From Callorhinchus milii (Eukaryota), in assembly GCF_018977255.1 (NCBI RefSeq), contig NW_024704742.1, positions 78,494,001-78,558,000 on the forward strand: a DNA stretch of 64,000 nucleotides. Reading direction: 5' to 3'. The stretch's first letter is position 1. Every line of letters begins with the position of its first letter. A program made the translations under genes and the position numbers. Shown in pieces: positions 49,663 through 63,488 of the stretch. Below the pieces are notes generated by a model. That model was given only the letters and a program-made list of their open reading frames with translations, ran no database searches and was not told where the DNA came from.

Positions 49663-51809
49663 AAGATGTGTATTTTTAGCCTTCTGAGTGTGTGAACCTT
49701 TCCCTCCTCCACCCACAATGAGCTATCCCACATCTTCACAAGATCATAAGATTGGTTCGGAAGAAGAAAATCCTTTGGCTCATTTGATGTCAGTTCTCCA
49801 GGACACCCTCCCTACCATCCTCCTATCATAGCATCAAGCTGCTTTTTAAATGTTCAGCCAATCTAAATGCTACACTCTACAGGTGTGATGGAAAAATAAA
49901 TAATTCCCCTAAAGATGAGGTAAAGATTACAATTTGTTTCGGTGTTAATACCAAAGACCCTGTCTGCATATTGATCAAATGAATTACAAGCCTCAGATGC
50001 AGAAATCTGAATCACTCTGATCTGAATAGGCTTAATGCAATCTGACGTGTTGACAATACAACAATAGATTCCCGGGTAGTGAATAAAAGATCATAATTTA
50101 ATCTCAAGGCTCAGATGACATGCCTTAAACCACTCAAACTTTACTCAACTGGTCCATGATGTCATCAAAACTCTGAGAGTAAATTAAGGCCTCTTTGCTC
50201 ACGCTCTCCCAACCATCCATAATTCTTTATGTAATTTTTCCTACGGGGAAAGTCTATTTCAAGCACCATACAGCTGTCATCTTAATATTTCAGTATGGAA
50301 AACCTGAACTCAAGGAACTGAATAACAGTAGGATCTAAAGTATTGAGGCAACATGGAATATTGAAAGGACACTGAAATATGTGCAACAATTTGAGAGGTA
50401 AACGCTGATGTCAGTTGCATATAAGGAAAAAATGCTCATTTGTGGCTCAGTGATGCAGGGATGATTTCCAAAAGAGTTTTGAAGCCAAATCACAATTCAC
50501 AGGCTTGAGGCTGCAATGTGCTTGGAGTGCTGAATCTGAGATTGTCCCCTCAAGCCAATGGGTGCCTAAGAACATACTTTAATAATATAATGATTTTTTG
50601 AGGAAGAGAAATGGCTGGATAATCTCCGAGATAAAAAAGAGCCATATTCACATGGCTGTTCATGGGACATTTTTGCCATGCATGCCTACAAATTACACAG
50701 TCACTACACTTTGCATTATATCAACAACAACAACTTTGTATAGCGCCCCTCACGCAGGGTAGGGTCCCAGAGCATTTGAGAAGGCTATCCTGTGAAACGT
50801 TAAGAGATGCCCTCCCCATGTGAAAGGCGCAAGTGCAAGCATTATTATTATTTAAAATTGCTGCCCAAACTAGTGTGAAGTTCTTGAGGTGCAGCGTAGT
50901 ATTTGATTTCCTTTACAAATAATCATCTTTACATTTGGTTAAGAGGTGCACATTGCCTGGAAGAGTTCAGTGAATGGTGAACAATCACATCAGAACTCTT
51001 TATCTTCTCAACTTCTGATAATTGGTGTCCCTTGTGCAATACTCCAGCTCTCTATGGTAAATGCAAAAATTTAAAAAGCATCACTTCAACTCTAAGGTTC
51101 TCATGTTCCTAACTTAAGTGGATTATTGGTCCAGCACACAAGACAAAGTATCTCTGTTACCATTTCAATTTTACGGCAATGCCAATGTAATCTTGCTTAT
51201 GAATGTATAATAATGAATTGGTATAAGGTTAATGTTTCCAATGCCATAAGTCAACTCAACAGAATCATCAAAATCACATAAATGTGTATTTGGCCAATTG
51301 GGTCTGCACTAACTTTCAGAGTAAGCTGTTACGCAGTCTCTGCATGTTATAGTAAATCCTATGAAACACCTTGGGATGTCATCCTGAAGTGAAAGGCTCT
51401 ACACCAAATGCAAGGATTATTATTATTATTATTATTGCAATACCCCTTCAAACATCTGTCTTTCATGTACCTAACTACTTCCTTCTTGAAACCCATAATA
51501 GACTGGTTAAGAGGTTATTGTTTTCCACAAACAATAAGATTTATCCTCAAAGAATTTGATTTAGAAATGAAAGCAGAAATAGAGTCACTAAATCATTATA
51601 ATAATGCAAAATTATTAATTATGATTACAGCGACAAGGATAGTTTTATTATTTCTGACAAACAGTCATAAGGGGTAATCCATTGGCTGACTATATATCTT
51701 GACAATGTGATAGGGTGTTATATTAAATGCAAGGATTATTATTGTAATTCATTAATGCACATTATATCCGAAATTGTTTCAGTATCTTTTTGACAGTCAA
51801 CAAACTAGT

Positions 51810-51968
51810 GGCCTGAAATTTCACCCAGACTTAGCCTACAACACCGTTTTGTATTAAAATTGAACATCATGCAGTATTGTATAAAATTCAGCCTTAGTTT
51901 GAAAAATAGTCTTTTACATTTTAAAATGTTATTGTGCCATAGGCTAAGACTAGGTGATATTTTGTCCC
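51810..51968. mobile_element. Palindromic MITE-like element
   Basis: Left end GGCCTGAAATTTCACCCAGACTTAGCCTA; reverse complement of right end GGGACAAAATATCACCTAGTCTTAGCCTA. Confidence 0.7.
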
Positions 51969-52509
51969 CAGGGACGAATATTACACACATGAATATAAAT
52001 CCTATTATTTCTCCAGTCATTTTCTCTGTTTTCTTTAATAGCAAGCAATTAAAAATATTATACTTCTGTGATTCTTATTTCTAGGATTCATCAATTTTTT
52101 AATTTAGAATTAGGGGCTGTTTAGCATACATCAGGACAAAGAAAAGGTCAGAGTGAAGGCATCAAACCAGCCTCTTCTACAGCTCACTTAAGGTCTGCTC
52201 TGTTACAGACTCCATTCAATTTATTTAATCCCATGAGGAAATGTTCTGTATCAATCTAATTCCCAAAGATAATTAAGCAAATGTCCAGAATAATTAGAAA
52301 TAAAATTAAATTTGTAGTAACAATAAGAACATAAGAACATAAGAAATTCCAGACAAAAAAGACAGAGGTTCATCTAATTCGCCTTCCACTTTCCTGACGG
52401 CCGCATGCACATGTGTCCCAAACTACCTATGTACAATATCCCATAATGTTATTTCCTAAAAGAAAACTATTTAATCTGTGTTTGAAAGGGGCAGAAAAAT
52501 ATCAGGGGA

Positions 52510-54490
52510 TAGACCAGCCTTCCCTTGATCTATCCCCCTATTCCTCTGGCTGTTTCTCCTCCTTTGAGCACCTCACTCTCTACCATCCCTCCTCTCTCTC
52601 CCTCAAAATCCGCCTAGTTTACCGCACCCCCAAACCTCCTGGCTCCTTCTTCACTGATATCTCCTCTCATCCCTGTCACTCTGCAATGAACACGTGCTCA
52701 TAATGGGTGATTTCGAACTCCACATTAACTCCCTTTGCATCTCCTCAGATTTCACTGCCCTCCTCTCCTCCATAAACCTCACCCACAACATCAAGTCGCC
52801 GACCCACAACCATGGCCACTCCCTCGACCTTGTCATCACACATGGCCTTGACATTTCCGACCTGTCTATCATGGACAAGGCCATCTCGGACCACTTTCCC
52901 CTGAGACCCTCACAAATGCCCTCTCTTTCTCCACCACGGCTCCTGCCACTCCCATCTCCTTACACTCCTTTGCCCCCATTTTTCCCTCCTCCCTCTCAAC
53001 CACAATCACCCGTATGAAGTTCATCACCTGCTGCCTTGACCTCCTCCCTACCCAGCTGCTGGTCACTCAACTCCCCCTCCTCTACCCCTCTGGCCGACAC
53101 AGCCCACCATTCTCTCTCCTCAGGTTCTGTTCCACTGCCCCTAAAAAATGCTGTTATCACACGACTCAAAAAACCCACCCTCGATCCCTCTAATCTCTCA
53201 CACTTCCATCCCATCTCCAACCTACCCTTCCTTGCCAAAGTCCTGGAATGCACTGTTGCAGGTCGCCTTTTGTCACACCTCTCACTCCACTCCCTCCTCG
53301 AGCCCTGGTGTCTGGTTTTCTCACTGCCCACAGCACAGAGACAGTGCTTGTCAAAGTCACAAATGACATCCTCTCTCTCTCTGTGAACAGTGCTCCCTCT
53401 TCCTCCTTGTCCTCCTGGATCTCTCTGCCATATTCGACACAATCGACACGCCATCCTCCTCCACTGCCTCTCCTCCCTCATCTACCTTAGTGGAACCACA
53501 CTCACCTGGTTTAAGTCCTACTTAACCAATCGCCTCCATTTCATCTCGGCAAATGGTTTCTCCTCCTGCCCCGACCCGGTCACCTGCGGGATAGCCCAGG
53601 GCTCCATCCAGGCCCTCTTCTGTTCCTTATCTATATGCTCCCTCTGGGCGATGTCATCCGCAGACATGGGGTAAACTTCCACACGTATGTAGATGACACA
53701 TATATCTACTTTGTCTCCTCCAGTACCAACTCCAGGTCCACCAATTCTATCAGCTTGTCTGGCAGACATCAGGGCCTGGGTGAGTCAAACTTCCTGCAGC
53801 TGAATGTGGACAAGACGGAAGCCATACTCCTTGGCTCCCATTAACGTCTTCACTCCTGCGGATCTGAACTCCTCAACCTCCCTAGGCTCTTCCTCAGGCT
53901 CACCGAACCAGTGTGCAATCTAGGCGTCCGGTTCAACCCACAGCTGTCCTTCCTCCCTCACATCCGGTCCCTGACCAGGACAACCTCCTTCCACCTCCAC
54001 CACATTGCCAGCCTCCGATCATATCTTACCCCAAATGCAGCCGAAATCCTCGTGCATGCGATTGTCACCTGTTCAAAAGACCCAGCTCATTCAGATCTCT
54101 GCTGCCCGGATACTTACTCAGACTGCGTTGAAGTTCCTTCACTCTCTGGCACCTCCATACCTCCGACCTCCTCACTCTTCAATTCACCACCCGGCGCCTC
54201 CGCTTGACTGGTACCGGCCTCCATGTTCGTCCCTCCCATCCACCGCTCCACCATCAGAGGTTGTGCTTTCAGCTGCTACACCCCGAAACTCTGGAACACT
54301 CACCCACAATCCCTCTGCCTTGCCCCCTCTCTCTCCTTTTCAAGTCCCGTCTGAAAACCTTCCTCTTCAACCATGCTTACAGCCACCTCTCCCCTCCTCC
54401 TTCCCGGCTTGGAGTCAGGCTCCGCCACTGTTAACGCTCTGAGACGCTACCCTGCATGGAGGGCGCTATATTAGTGCAAGTTGTTGTTGC
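52510..54490 (+). mobile_element. Degenerate, internally deleted L2-type LINE ORF2 (APE endonuclease end plus RT)
   Basis: MGDF..HIN, THNHGHSLDLVIT, ISDHF; then [49 protein letters not shown]; (TTG)n tail; many frameshifts. Confidence 0.9.
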
Positions 54491-54929
54491 TGAAAGAATC
54501 AACACTTCCTGCTTCAACTGTCTCCATAGGGAGACTTTTCCACAGACAATAATGTAATGGTTTCAGTTGGATTTAACTTACACTGATCACTAAAATAACA
54601 CATTATTCTCAGACGATACCAAAGATCAGAAGATAGTTTTGAAACTGGAGAAACTGAGACCGCTTTCCTAAGTACAATGAGCTGAGAGAGGTTTTAATAT
54701 TATTAGGAATTTAGTAGCTTCGTGGAGAAATTATTTTCACTGGTCGGTTAAGCGGTTAATAGGTTTAATTGGAGGTCATAGGTTTACAATATATCCTGTG
54801 AAGCCCTTTGAGATATACTACTGTGTCCTGCAGCTTACTGGTTAGAGCACTCGCCTCGCAAGTGAAATGCCGTTGGTTTGATTCCTGTGGATCCCCCCCG
54901 CCGACCCCTCCACCCCCAAGTCAGTTTGA

Positions 54930-55190
54930 GCCACTCTGCTCCCACCCTCTGGAACTCCATCCCTCAGTCCCTCCGCCTCGCTCCCTCCCTTGCCTCCTTC
55001 AAGACGCACCTCAAGACCCTCCTCTTTGATCGTGCCTTCGTTCACCCTCCTTCCACCCCTGCCTCCACCCTCCCCAATCCCGACCCCCAGCTCAGGTCTG
55101 AAACATTGATTGTCCAGCACCTTGGGACGTCCTACCGATGTGAAAGGCACTATACAAATGTAATTTTTGTTTGTTGTTTGTTTGTTTTGA
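54930..55190 (+). mobile_element. L2-type 3' fragment
   Basis: APTLWNSIPQSLRLAPSLASFKTHLKTLLF; similar fragments at 47940-48260, 58790-59180, 60390-60800 and 61255-61500 (-). Confidence 0.8.
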
Positions 55191-57348
55191 AGACAGGAAA
55201 TTAGAGTTTGGAAGAGGGTAACAGAGAGCAGAGCATAGTGTCTGAAAGCTTTGTCACCAATGTTGGAACTGAGAGGCGAGGGACATGAGGCAGCCTGAAA
55301 TAGAGTAGTGTGTGTGTGCATGGGAGGAGGGGGGTTCCAGCCAGAAAATTAACCTGGAGAAGATTGCAGAGATATGGTAGGGCAAGCACTTTTGAAGACA
55401 AAAGTGAGGATCTTGAAGTTGATCAGTTGGAGGACAGGGAGCTAGCACTGTCAGACAAAGAAGGGAACACAGAACTTAGAACAAGAGAACATTTATATTG
55501 TGAGAATCAATAACAATTTTTCCGAAATGTATAACAGATGTCCCAAGATCATTAGTGTATTAATAAAGATTCAAAAAGCTTTGGGTTTTACAGCGATTCC
55601 TAAAACATTTTCGCAATTAATAATGCATCATCCAAATTAATCTGACTGAAATCTACAAACAAGAAGTGAAAGCTGTTTCGTATTCCCAAGGCTTTGAACA
55701 TTTGTTGCTTTTAAAATTGTAAATCCTGCAGAGAAATGAATAAAGCATTAGTACTTCTTAAATGAAGCTACAATCTTTCGATCACTCACTACCGAGCTGT
55801 CTATTTTTATATTGATGACCCCAAAACATGTATGCTCTTTCCTGCTATCAACATTTTGGGGGAGAAACTCCACCTGAGGCAGAAGGTTGTGGATCCAGAT
55901 TACTCGATAAATGTTACATTTAGAGGATCCAGAACTTGGCAGATTCTTAACTGTTCTTAAACACAGCCCTCATTTTGAAGCCAGTTTTCTGTAAATTTCA
56001 TTGTTTATGTAAGAACTGCAGAACTATCTTCAAAGGATTGCCTGAATTTGACACTTTGCCCAATTCTGAGTACTCAAGAATATCACGTCAATAAAGTAAA
56101 TATTAGGCTAGGTGGAATTTCTCTCATGGGGCAACATGAGAAACAGTGAAATGTTTTGCAAATTCGTTGATAGAATTTATTATGTTGCGCATCGAAGCAC
56201 TGCGGGATGCTACCCTGTGTGAAGGGCGCTATATAAACGGAAGTTATTGTTGTCTTAAAGTATGTGGAAAGAGATTACTCTTTTTGGATGAAAGATGAAC
56301 GCCACTGTCAACAACAACAACAACTCTGGATTGCTTCTCGGAGCGCATAAATGGGAATTTGAAAGGACTGCAGTCGTGGCAGCAACTTAGCATAAAACAA
56401 AGTAAAGCACAGCTGGCCAAACAAATGTTGGCATTTAAACAGCTCCAACAGATGCTGGGATGCTGACCCCGTAGTGCCCTTGTGGCATTTAGATGAGTTC
56501 TCATTTGACATGATTAGCAGGGTGTGTTCACAAGCATAAATCAATAATGTCTTTCCATCAAAGTACTGCTGTTGTGGAAGCTAAACCTTCAGCAGGCAAT
56601 CTCTGGAGCCCCAGTCAATAAAGGTCATGCTGTCACCTGGATCCAGGCAGAAAATTGATCGTTCTTAATCTCTGCTGAACATAATGCATGCAATTCTCAT
56701 TTGTAGGAGTAAATGGCCAGAGTCATGCTTCGTTTATTGCAATAAAAGCTCTAGTATCTATCAGATATGTGCACGAGTCTGGATCTGAATGAATTTGAAT
56801 CTAGATATGAATGAGTTTGTGTTCTTTTTTACCTGATGTGCAAAACATCTCACTGTTAACCATTTGGGAAATAATAATTTAAGTGCACATGCTGAATGGC
56901 TTGCCAATCAATTTATTTGTGTCAAAATAATATGACTGCTGTATATCTGATATTATTAATGGATTAGCAGTTGCTGTACTTTACCATTAGTCTGTGCAGT
57001 TATGTGAACAATCTCCTCAAATGGCCTTGCTTGTGTGGATTGTTTAGGTCAATATTATAGTACCTGAATGTTAATTATGCTATTCTACAACATCGGTAGC
57101 ATTTTCACATGATAAAAATGTATTTAATTCCATAGGAAACAGCCTCAGTTGTTTATCACACCACGTTATAAGTTAAAGTTATAAGGTAGATTTTGATTTC
57201 ATGTGAGAAATATCATATTGTATTCATTATTAATTGTATTACATTCTATTAAAACTTCTCCCCAACTTCATAACTGTAACTTTAATGTTTGTATTCGTGT
57301 ACAACATAAATTTAAATAATCTAAAACTGGTCATCCCAGCAAAGATAT

Positions 57349-57668
57349 TAATAATCATAATAATCCTTGCATTTGATATAACGCTTTTCACGTCGGGAGG
57401 ACGTCCCAAAGCGCTTCACAGAACACACTGTAAAGTGAATTGACTGTATATTCGTGGGCGAACGCGGCAGCCAATTGCGCACAGCAATGTCCCACAAACA
57501 GTCGTAGATTGAAAATGACCAATTTATTATTGTTTTTGGTTTTTGGAGGGATTATTATTAGGCGTGTGGAGTAAGGAAACTTGCCCAAGGTTTCGCCCTG
57601 TGCCTGGAATTGAACTCAGGTCTCTCACTTGCAAAGCGAGTGCTCTAACCACTGAGCTACAGGACTCC
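57349..57668 (-). mobile_element. Full-length tRNA-derived SINE, short young variant
   Basis: Near-identical to 42897-43219. Confidence 0.92.
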
Positions 57669-60600
57669 ACAAGATAGGAATTTCCTTTCACCAAAAAAAA
57701 TCCAAGGGTTAAAACAATTCTAATAATTGCAGTTCGAGCGCACTCAGACATCTGCAATTGGGAAACCAGTGTAATCTCATTGTCAGGCAGGAATTGTCAC
57801 TTCATTATTATGAATTGCAGGTATTGTTCATGTGTTATAGAACTGAGCCTATAATAAATAATGATAACAATAAATCTTACATTTGAAATAGTGCCTTTCA
57901 TGTCAAAGAGGACCTCTCAAAATGCTTCACAAGATATGCTGCAAAGTGTTGTGATTGTAGATTTTAGACTTAGAATTAAATGTGAAAGATTTAAACAACC
58001 TACATAGCTGCTAATTTGAAGTTTAACGCACAGAACACATTTGGGAAAGTTCAGTGAGCTTATTAGCTGATGAATGATGTGGACCAGAAAGGTTTAGCTC
58101 CTGATCTGAAATTAGTCTGGTGATCACACCTCATGCAGCAAGAGGAATATTACAAGTGGCTCAGTGGGAGTCAGGGCTCTGGTTAGGGAGGAGAAACTCA
58201 GCCTGAAATTGTACTGCTGGTTGCTAACAACTTAAACTGGAGATGTTAGTATGTGAAGCTCAGGCTTGGCTGTCATGAATCCTGTGGGCAAATAGTTTCA
58301 GGCTTTATATATTCAAACCTTTGGTATCTTCTCCATTTCCTTCCTCCTTGCACAGCTTTGTTTTTGACAACTGTTTTGGACTGGGATTTTTCATCTTCTT
58401 CTTCCTGATATTGCCTCTGCTTGTTTTCCTACACCACCTGCTAACAGCACATCACCATCTGTCAATGGCCCCAGAGCTGCCAGCATGATGTCAGCATTTT
58501 TCAAACGGTCTCCTTTAATATCTCTTTTGCCTCGTTTAATCCAACTTACTTACAGTTTAGTCCTCTATTTTATGCAGGGGTTCCTCCAGCCCATTATTTC
58601 CATTCTAGTGAAGGATCGTGCCGGAGTGCTGACCTATCTTTCTCTTTCATTGAAACACAGATAAACAGAAACAGAGGGCCATTTAGCCCATCAAGCCTGT
58701 TCCACCTCTTTATTAGATTTTGACCAATCTTTTAATTCCAATCATCTGCCCTTTAGCCATACCCCTTAATACCTCTCTACCCAAGTAGCTGTTGATTTAT
58801 TTCAAGATCCTCACACTCGTCTTCAAATCCCTTCATGTCCTGGCACTTCGCTTGCTCTACGACCTGCTTGCTCCCAACCCACTACCATTGCCTTCACTTG
58901 ACTGGCTCCGGCCTCCTGCATGTCCCTCGTACCCTCCATTTCACCATCGGCGGCTGCACATTCAGCCACTAATCCTCGAAACTCCGGAACATCCCGCACC
59001 CACCCCGATTCACTCCGCCTGCCCCATCCTTCCCCATTTTTAGGTCACGCCTGATGACCTTCCTCTTTGATCATGCCTACAGTCACCTCCCCCAGGCTCA
59101 GTGTTGTGCTCTGCCCCTATCAAACGCTCTGGGATTCTACCCTGTGTGAGGGGCAGTTTTCAAATGAAAGTTAGTGTTAAATGCATGTTGTTGTTATCTC
59201 TCGCTTAAACCTGTACTGCTGAATGTAGAAAGAAATACCAGCTGGTTCTTTTTGAGTTAGTAACATCATTGTTATTTTGTAGAAGGTATCCAATGTGTTT
59301 GTTTGTCTTTCTGATGTGAAAGGCACTATATAAGTGTAATTTGATGTTATGGTTGTTGTTGCTATAGTTTTCTAAGATAGCAATTGTAAACAGAAAGTAC
59401 AGTATTCCCCATGCTCAATCTCTAACTTTATTAAGACCAACAATGATATGCATTTATATAGTAGCCTTCATGCATCTTAACCCATCTTAAAACTCCTTAT
59501 ATGGAGATACAAATGTATTTCGGGCCTAAATCAGTAAAACTGTATTCGTAACTATAGAATTCATTTAGTTAAGTGTATAGAAATACTTTTCTTGAGAGAA
59601 CAAAGCAATAAATGCTGATTAACCTTTCCTTTGGGTAAATAAATCTCTTAGTTTTACAACTTAGTTTAAGCCACTTTAGTGTGATATGTTTGTAAACTAT
59701 ATTCTTTGCAACAACAACAACTACTACTCTTTGTTGTAGTTTCCTCTATCTTTTTACTGGCAGGTGTCTGGCTGATACAGAGGAGCAACTTTGTGGAAGT
59801 GGCACACTGACTTTATTTGAAATAATGGCTCTAACGAATGCAAATTCTCACAAGGAATGGTAGGAAACTATTAGAAACTATTATCCTGAGGTTTACAGAT
59901 CATCCTGCGACATGATATCTTTCCAATAGAGGCTTTGACATCCAAAAAACAGTTCCATTGATGACTTGCCCATCCTGTGTTCTTATTTTACCTGTGGCCA
60001 TTCATATTGTCTTTGCTGCAGATGGTACTATAGAATTGTAGATCAATCTTCATGAATGCCTGATGTCATTTTGGGATACAGCGCTGGCTTTGTTAAACTC
60101 CCATGTGCAAAGTAGGCAGCACAGCCTCAGGACTCAGGTTAATTGGCTGAACATCAACTTGAGAGCAATGTGCCAATGAATGTGCCTATGAATGTGACAG
60201 AAGAGGGCATGTTCACCTTATGCTCATTGTAACGAACAGTGAAAATTGCTTCTTAAATATTTTTATATGTTATCAAATTAGTTCTGAACCCTTGCAGTTT
60301 CTGGTCACTAACTTAAGGTTGGCCTTAGGATAGAACCCCCTGTTGACTATATGAGTTGTCTTCCTGGATTTATAGGAACATTGGCCTGTTCTATTTCTTC
60401 TCCCCTGCCCATTCCACCATCGGTGGTTGGGCCTTCAGCCTTTCTGGCTCCACCCTCTGGTACTCCAATCCAGAATCCTGCTTCACAGGATGTACTGTAA
60501 AGTGTAGTGACTGTGTAGTTTGTAGATGAATGTAGCAGCCAATTTATGCACAACAATGTCTCACAAACAGCCAATGAAGTGAATGACCAATTCTTTGTAT

Positions 60601-63335
60601 GGGACTGTCTCAAGACCCATCTCAACATCTTCCTCTTTGACTGCACCCCTGGACATCCTCCCACCCCAACCCCTTTGCTCTCCACCACTGTCATTTCCAG
60701 ATGGTACTATAGAATGGTACACAACACCCAACCCTTGGCTGTCCAGCATCTTGGGACTTAATCCCAATGCAAAAGGCACCATATAAATGCGTTTTATTGT
60801 TGCTATTTTACACGGCCAAGAGAAGCTGGCTATGGAGGACAAGAGTGCAGGTAAATGATTCTTACAAAAGTGGTGTTCTTAGCAAGTTTGAGATTAATTA
60901 TTTCTAATAGGAATCAAGAACAAATTTGTGATATTCTGTTACCTGAGAAATGGGTTATGGAACACTGCCTTTGCGGCTGGGAAGGGCCAGAATATTGGGA
61001 AGAAAAATTGGCAGATTTTGTGTCTGTCATGAGAGATTGCGTTTTTCACCCCGCTGAGTAGGGAGGAGTTGGCCATGATTAAACAGTGAAAGTATTGGAT
61101 TAATCTGGAGATTTTGCTTGTCTACCTTTGGGGCTGAGGGATTTATCTATACAATCCTCTCCCCAGCAATAAAAACGATCCTTGCATTTGATACAGAACC
61201 TTATCCTGTCATCAAAATGTCTATTTATAACAGAATATTTTGATAAATCATAAATAACAACAAGATTACATTTGTATAGCGCCTTTCACGTCGGGAGGAC
61301 GTCCCGAGGCACTGAACAGTGTACAGCATTTCAGATCCGAGCTGGGGTCAGGGGTGAAGAAAGGAAGGGAGGGGAAAGGGGTTGACCGATGGCATAGTCG
61401 AAGAGGAGGGTTTTGAGGTGGGACTTGAAAGAGGCTAAGGAGGGGGCGAGGCGGAGTGATTGGGGGATGGAATTCCAGAGGTTGGGGGCAGAGTGGCTGA
61501 AGTATTATAAGTATTATAATATGTATAATACAATACATATTACATTTATAGAGCATATTTCACATGTGCGAACATCCCAAATGGAGTTCCAGAGAGGGGG
61601 AAGGATGGTTGAAATCCACGGTGGGTCGATAGGGTAGGGGAAATGAAGCAGGCTGGTTTGTGTTGCTGAATGAAGGGAGTGATAGGGTTCAAGGAGGTCA
61701 CAGAGGTAGGGCGGGATGAGACATTAAAATTAAAGACTAATGGAATTCATAATTTGTTTTTACAGACGTTTTATTGTTTAATTTAATGTCCCAGTGAATC
61801 ACAAGAATATATATATTCTACATATTTATTTCACATTTTGATTTCTGCTAAATCCTGTTCACAGCAGACACTGTTAGTTCCATGGTGACGACAGTCCAGA
61901 ACCGTCAATGGAGCTAACATCTCAGACTACAACTTGTTAGGAAGTGTGGCCACCTAAAGAGGCACTAGGTTCACGAAAACAGTGCTTGACAAACTCTTTG
62001 AATTTTCTCTCAGATGTTCAACAGGATGAGTGTTGTGATAAAATTCATGGGTTCAAATGTATTGATTTAGCTGGTCTCAAACAAGGCAGCAAGCAGTGCA
62101 GTTATTACAATTGGCTTCAGTGTCTGTGGGCTTAGTAGGGAAAACTGAGTCAGGTTTGCCATTCCCAATTGCTATTCAGTGAACATCAAGGTGAGGGCAA
62201 GACCAAGCTTGACTGAATTACCCCCACACATTAAAGTAGCTTTCCAACATTCACTGCCGACATGTACACGTGAAGCAGAGGGTGCTTAGTACCATGGATA
62301 GACCTCTATCCCAGCAAAGAATCAACGGCCTTCAGGTGAAAAGGAGGGGAGAAATTGGCAAAATAAAATTACGCAAGACTGTTCAAGATCTCCCCAAACA
62401 AAGGTTTGCCAAACATGTTTCTATGAGCATGGTGTTGTATTAGCAGTTCCAGTATTGTACAAGGCAATATGAGATTGCATGTGGGTTGAAATGGGAACTA
62501 CTGGTGCAGGATATGCAGTACAAGAGAGGGGATTCCACTTGTGTGACATTATCTGCCATATATAACTTTATTTCTATATCTTTTTCCCCTTTAAAAGTCA
62601 ATGCTAACTTACTTTGGTAACATTTCATGGAAATAACTCTGATCAGGTAACCAAAAAAGGATCTCATGGCCAACACAGGCTATTACGTTGGGTTAGATCC
62701 ATCTTTCAAATGAAAACAGAAATCGGAACTCTCCCAACTGTTGTCTGGAACTCAAGCATACAGACAAGGAATGTCCCAGGCAATAGCTGAGTTAGCTTTG
62801 CTAGGGAGAAATAAAATTAACATGAGTTATTCCTTCTGAATGCTATCCACTGACCTCTGCTTGAAATGCGGGTGTGAAATTTGAGTGAGAACAGGAATGG
62901 GCTCAAATGTGATGCCCTTCACACCCCGATAACCTGCTGACGCTCACTGTCTAAGATCACATGTAAAGAATGTGAGGTAGCAGAGTAGATGTTGCCTGTG
63001 AAATAACACTCCTATGTGATTTGTACTATCAGGAGGAATAGCAGAGAAATCTGAAGGGAAAAATTTGAAGAGATATAACATTCTGGTCGAAAATAAAAAT
63101 ATAGTTTTATGTTAAATTCATTATCAGATAAACGTGCAGCGGTGATACATCTTTTCATATTTGAAAATGAGCAGCAGGCATCAGAAGTAGTCCTGAGTTA
63201 CAGTTCACCTTCACTGAGGGTCTGTAAAACCGTGCATGGTTGCTTTGTGTCTGATGTTGAAATTAGTTCAAAAATAATTTTTCTGAGAGTTTGACCAATA
63301 CACACGTGGAAGAACTGCCAAAAATAAAATGTGGG

Positions 63336-63488
63336 TTATCCTCCGCTGGGAGTTAGACTTGGTGGGTTCTGGTTTTGAAATAAAGGCTGGAGGAATAGTC
63401 CCATCGTACCAACGACGCACACACACACAAATATCCACAAGAAGAGACGGTCAATGACCATAGCAACATACTTCCAGTCTTCAATGAT
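63336..63488 (-). CDS. Terminal M4 exon of a beta2/beta4-class nAChR subunit, probably beta5 ([50 protein letters not shown]); rest of gene lies beyond the right edge
   Basis: Acceptor TTTTTCAG|, 153 nt, TAA stop. [21 protein letters not shown] is beta2/beta4-like, not beta3-like (QDWKFVAQ). Family call is firm; paralog call rests on synteny. Confidence 0.9.
   Translation of the reverse strand: MIEDWKYVAMVIDRLFLWIFVCVCVVGTMGLFLQPLFQNQNPPSLTPSGG

Noticed and set aside
62285..62305. RE1-like CTTAGTACCATGGATAGACCT
   Set aside because: Three core mismatches and located inside an old repeat; too weak without a matrix score.
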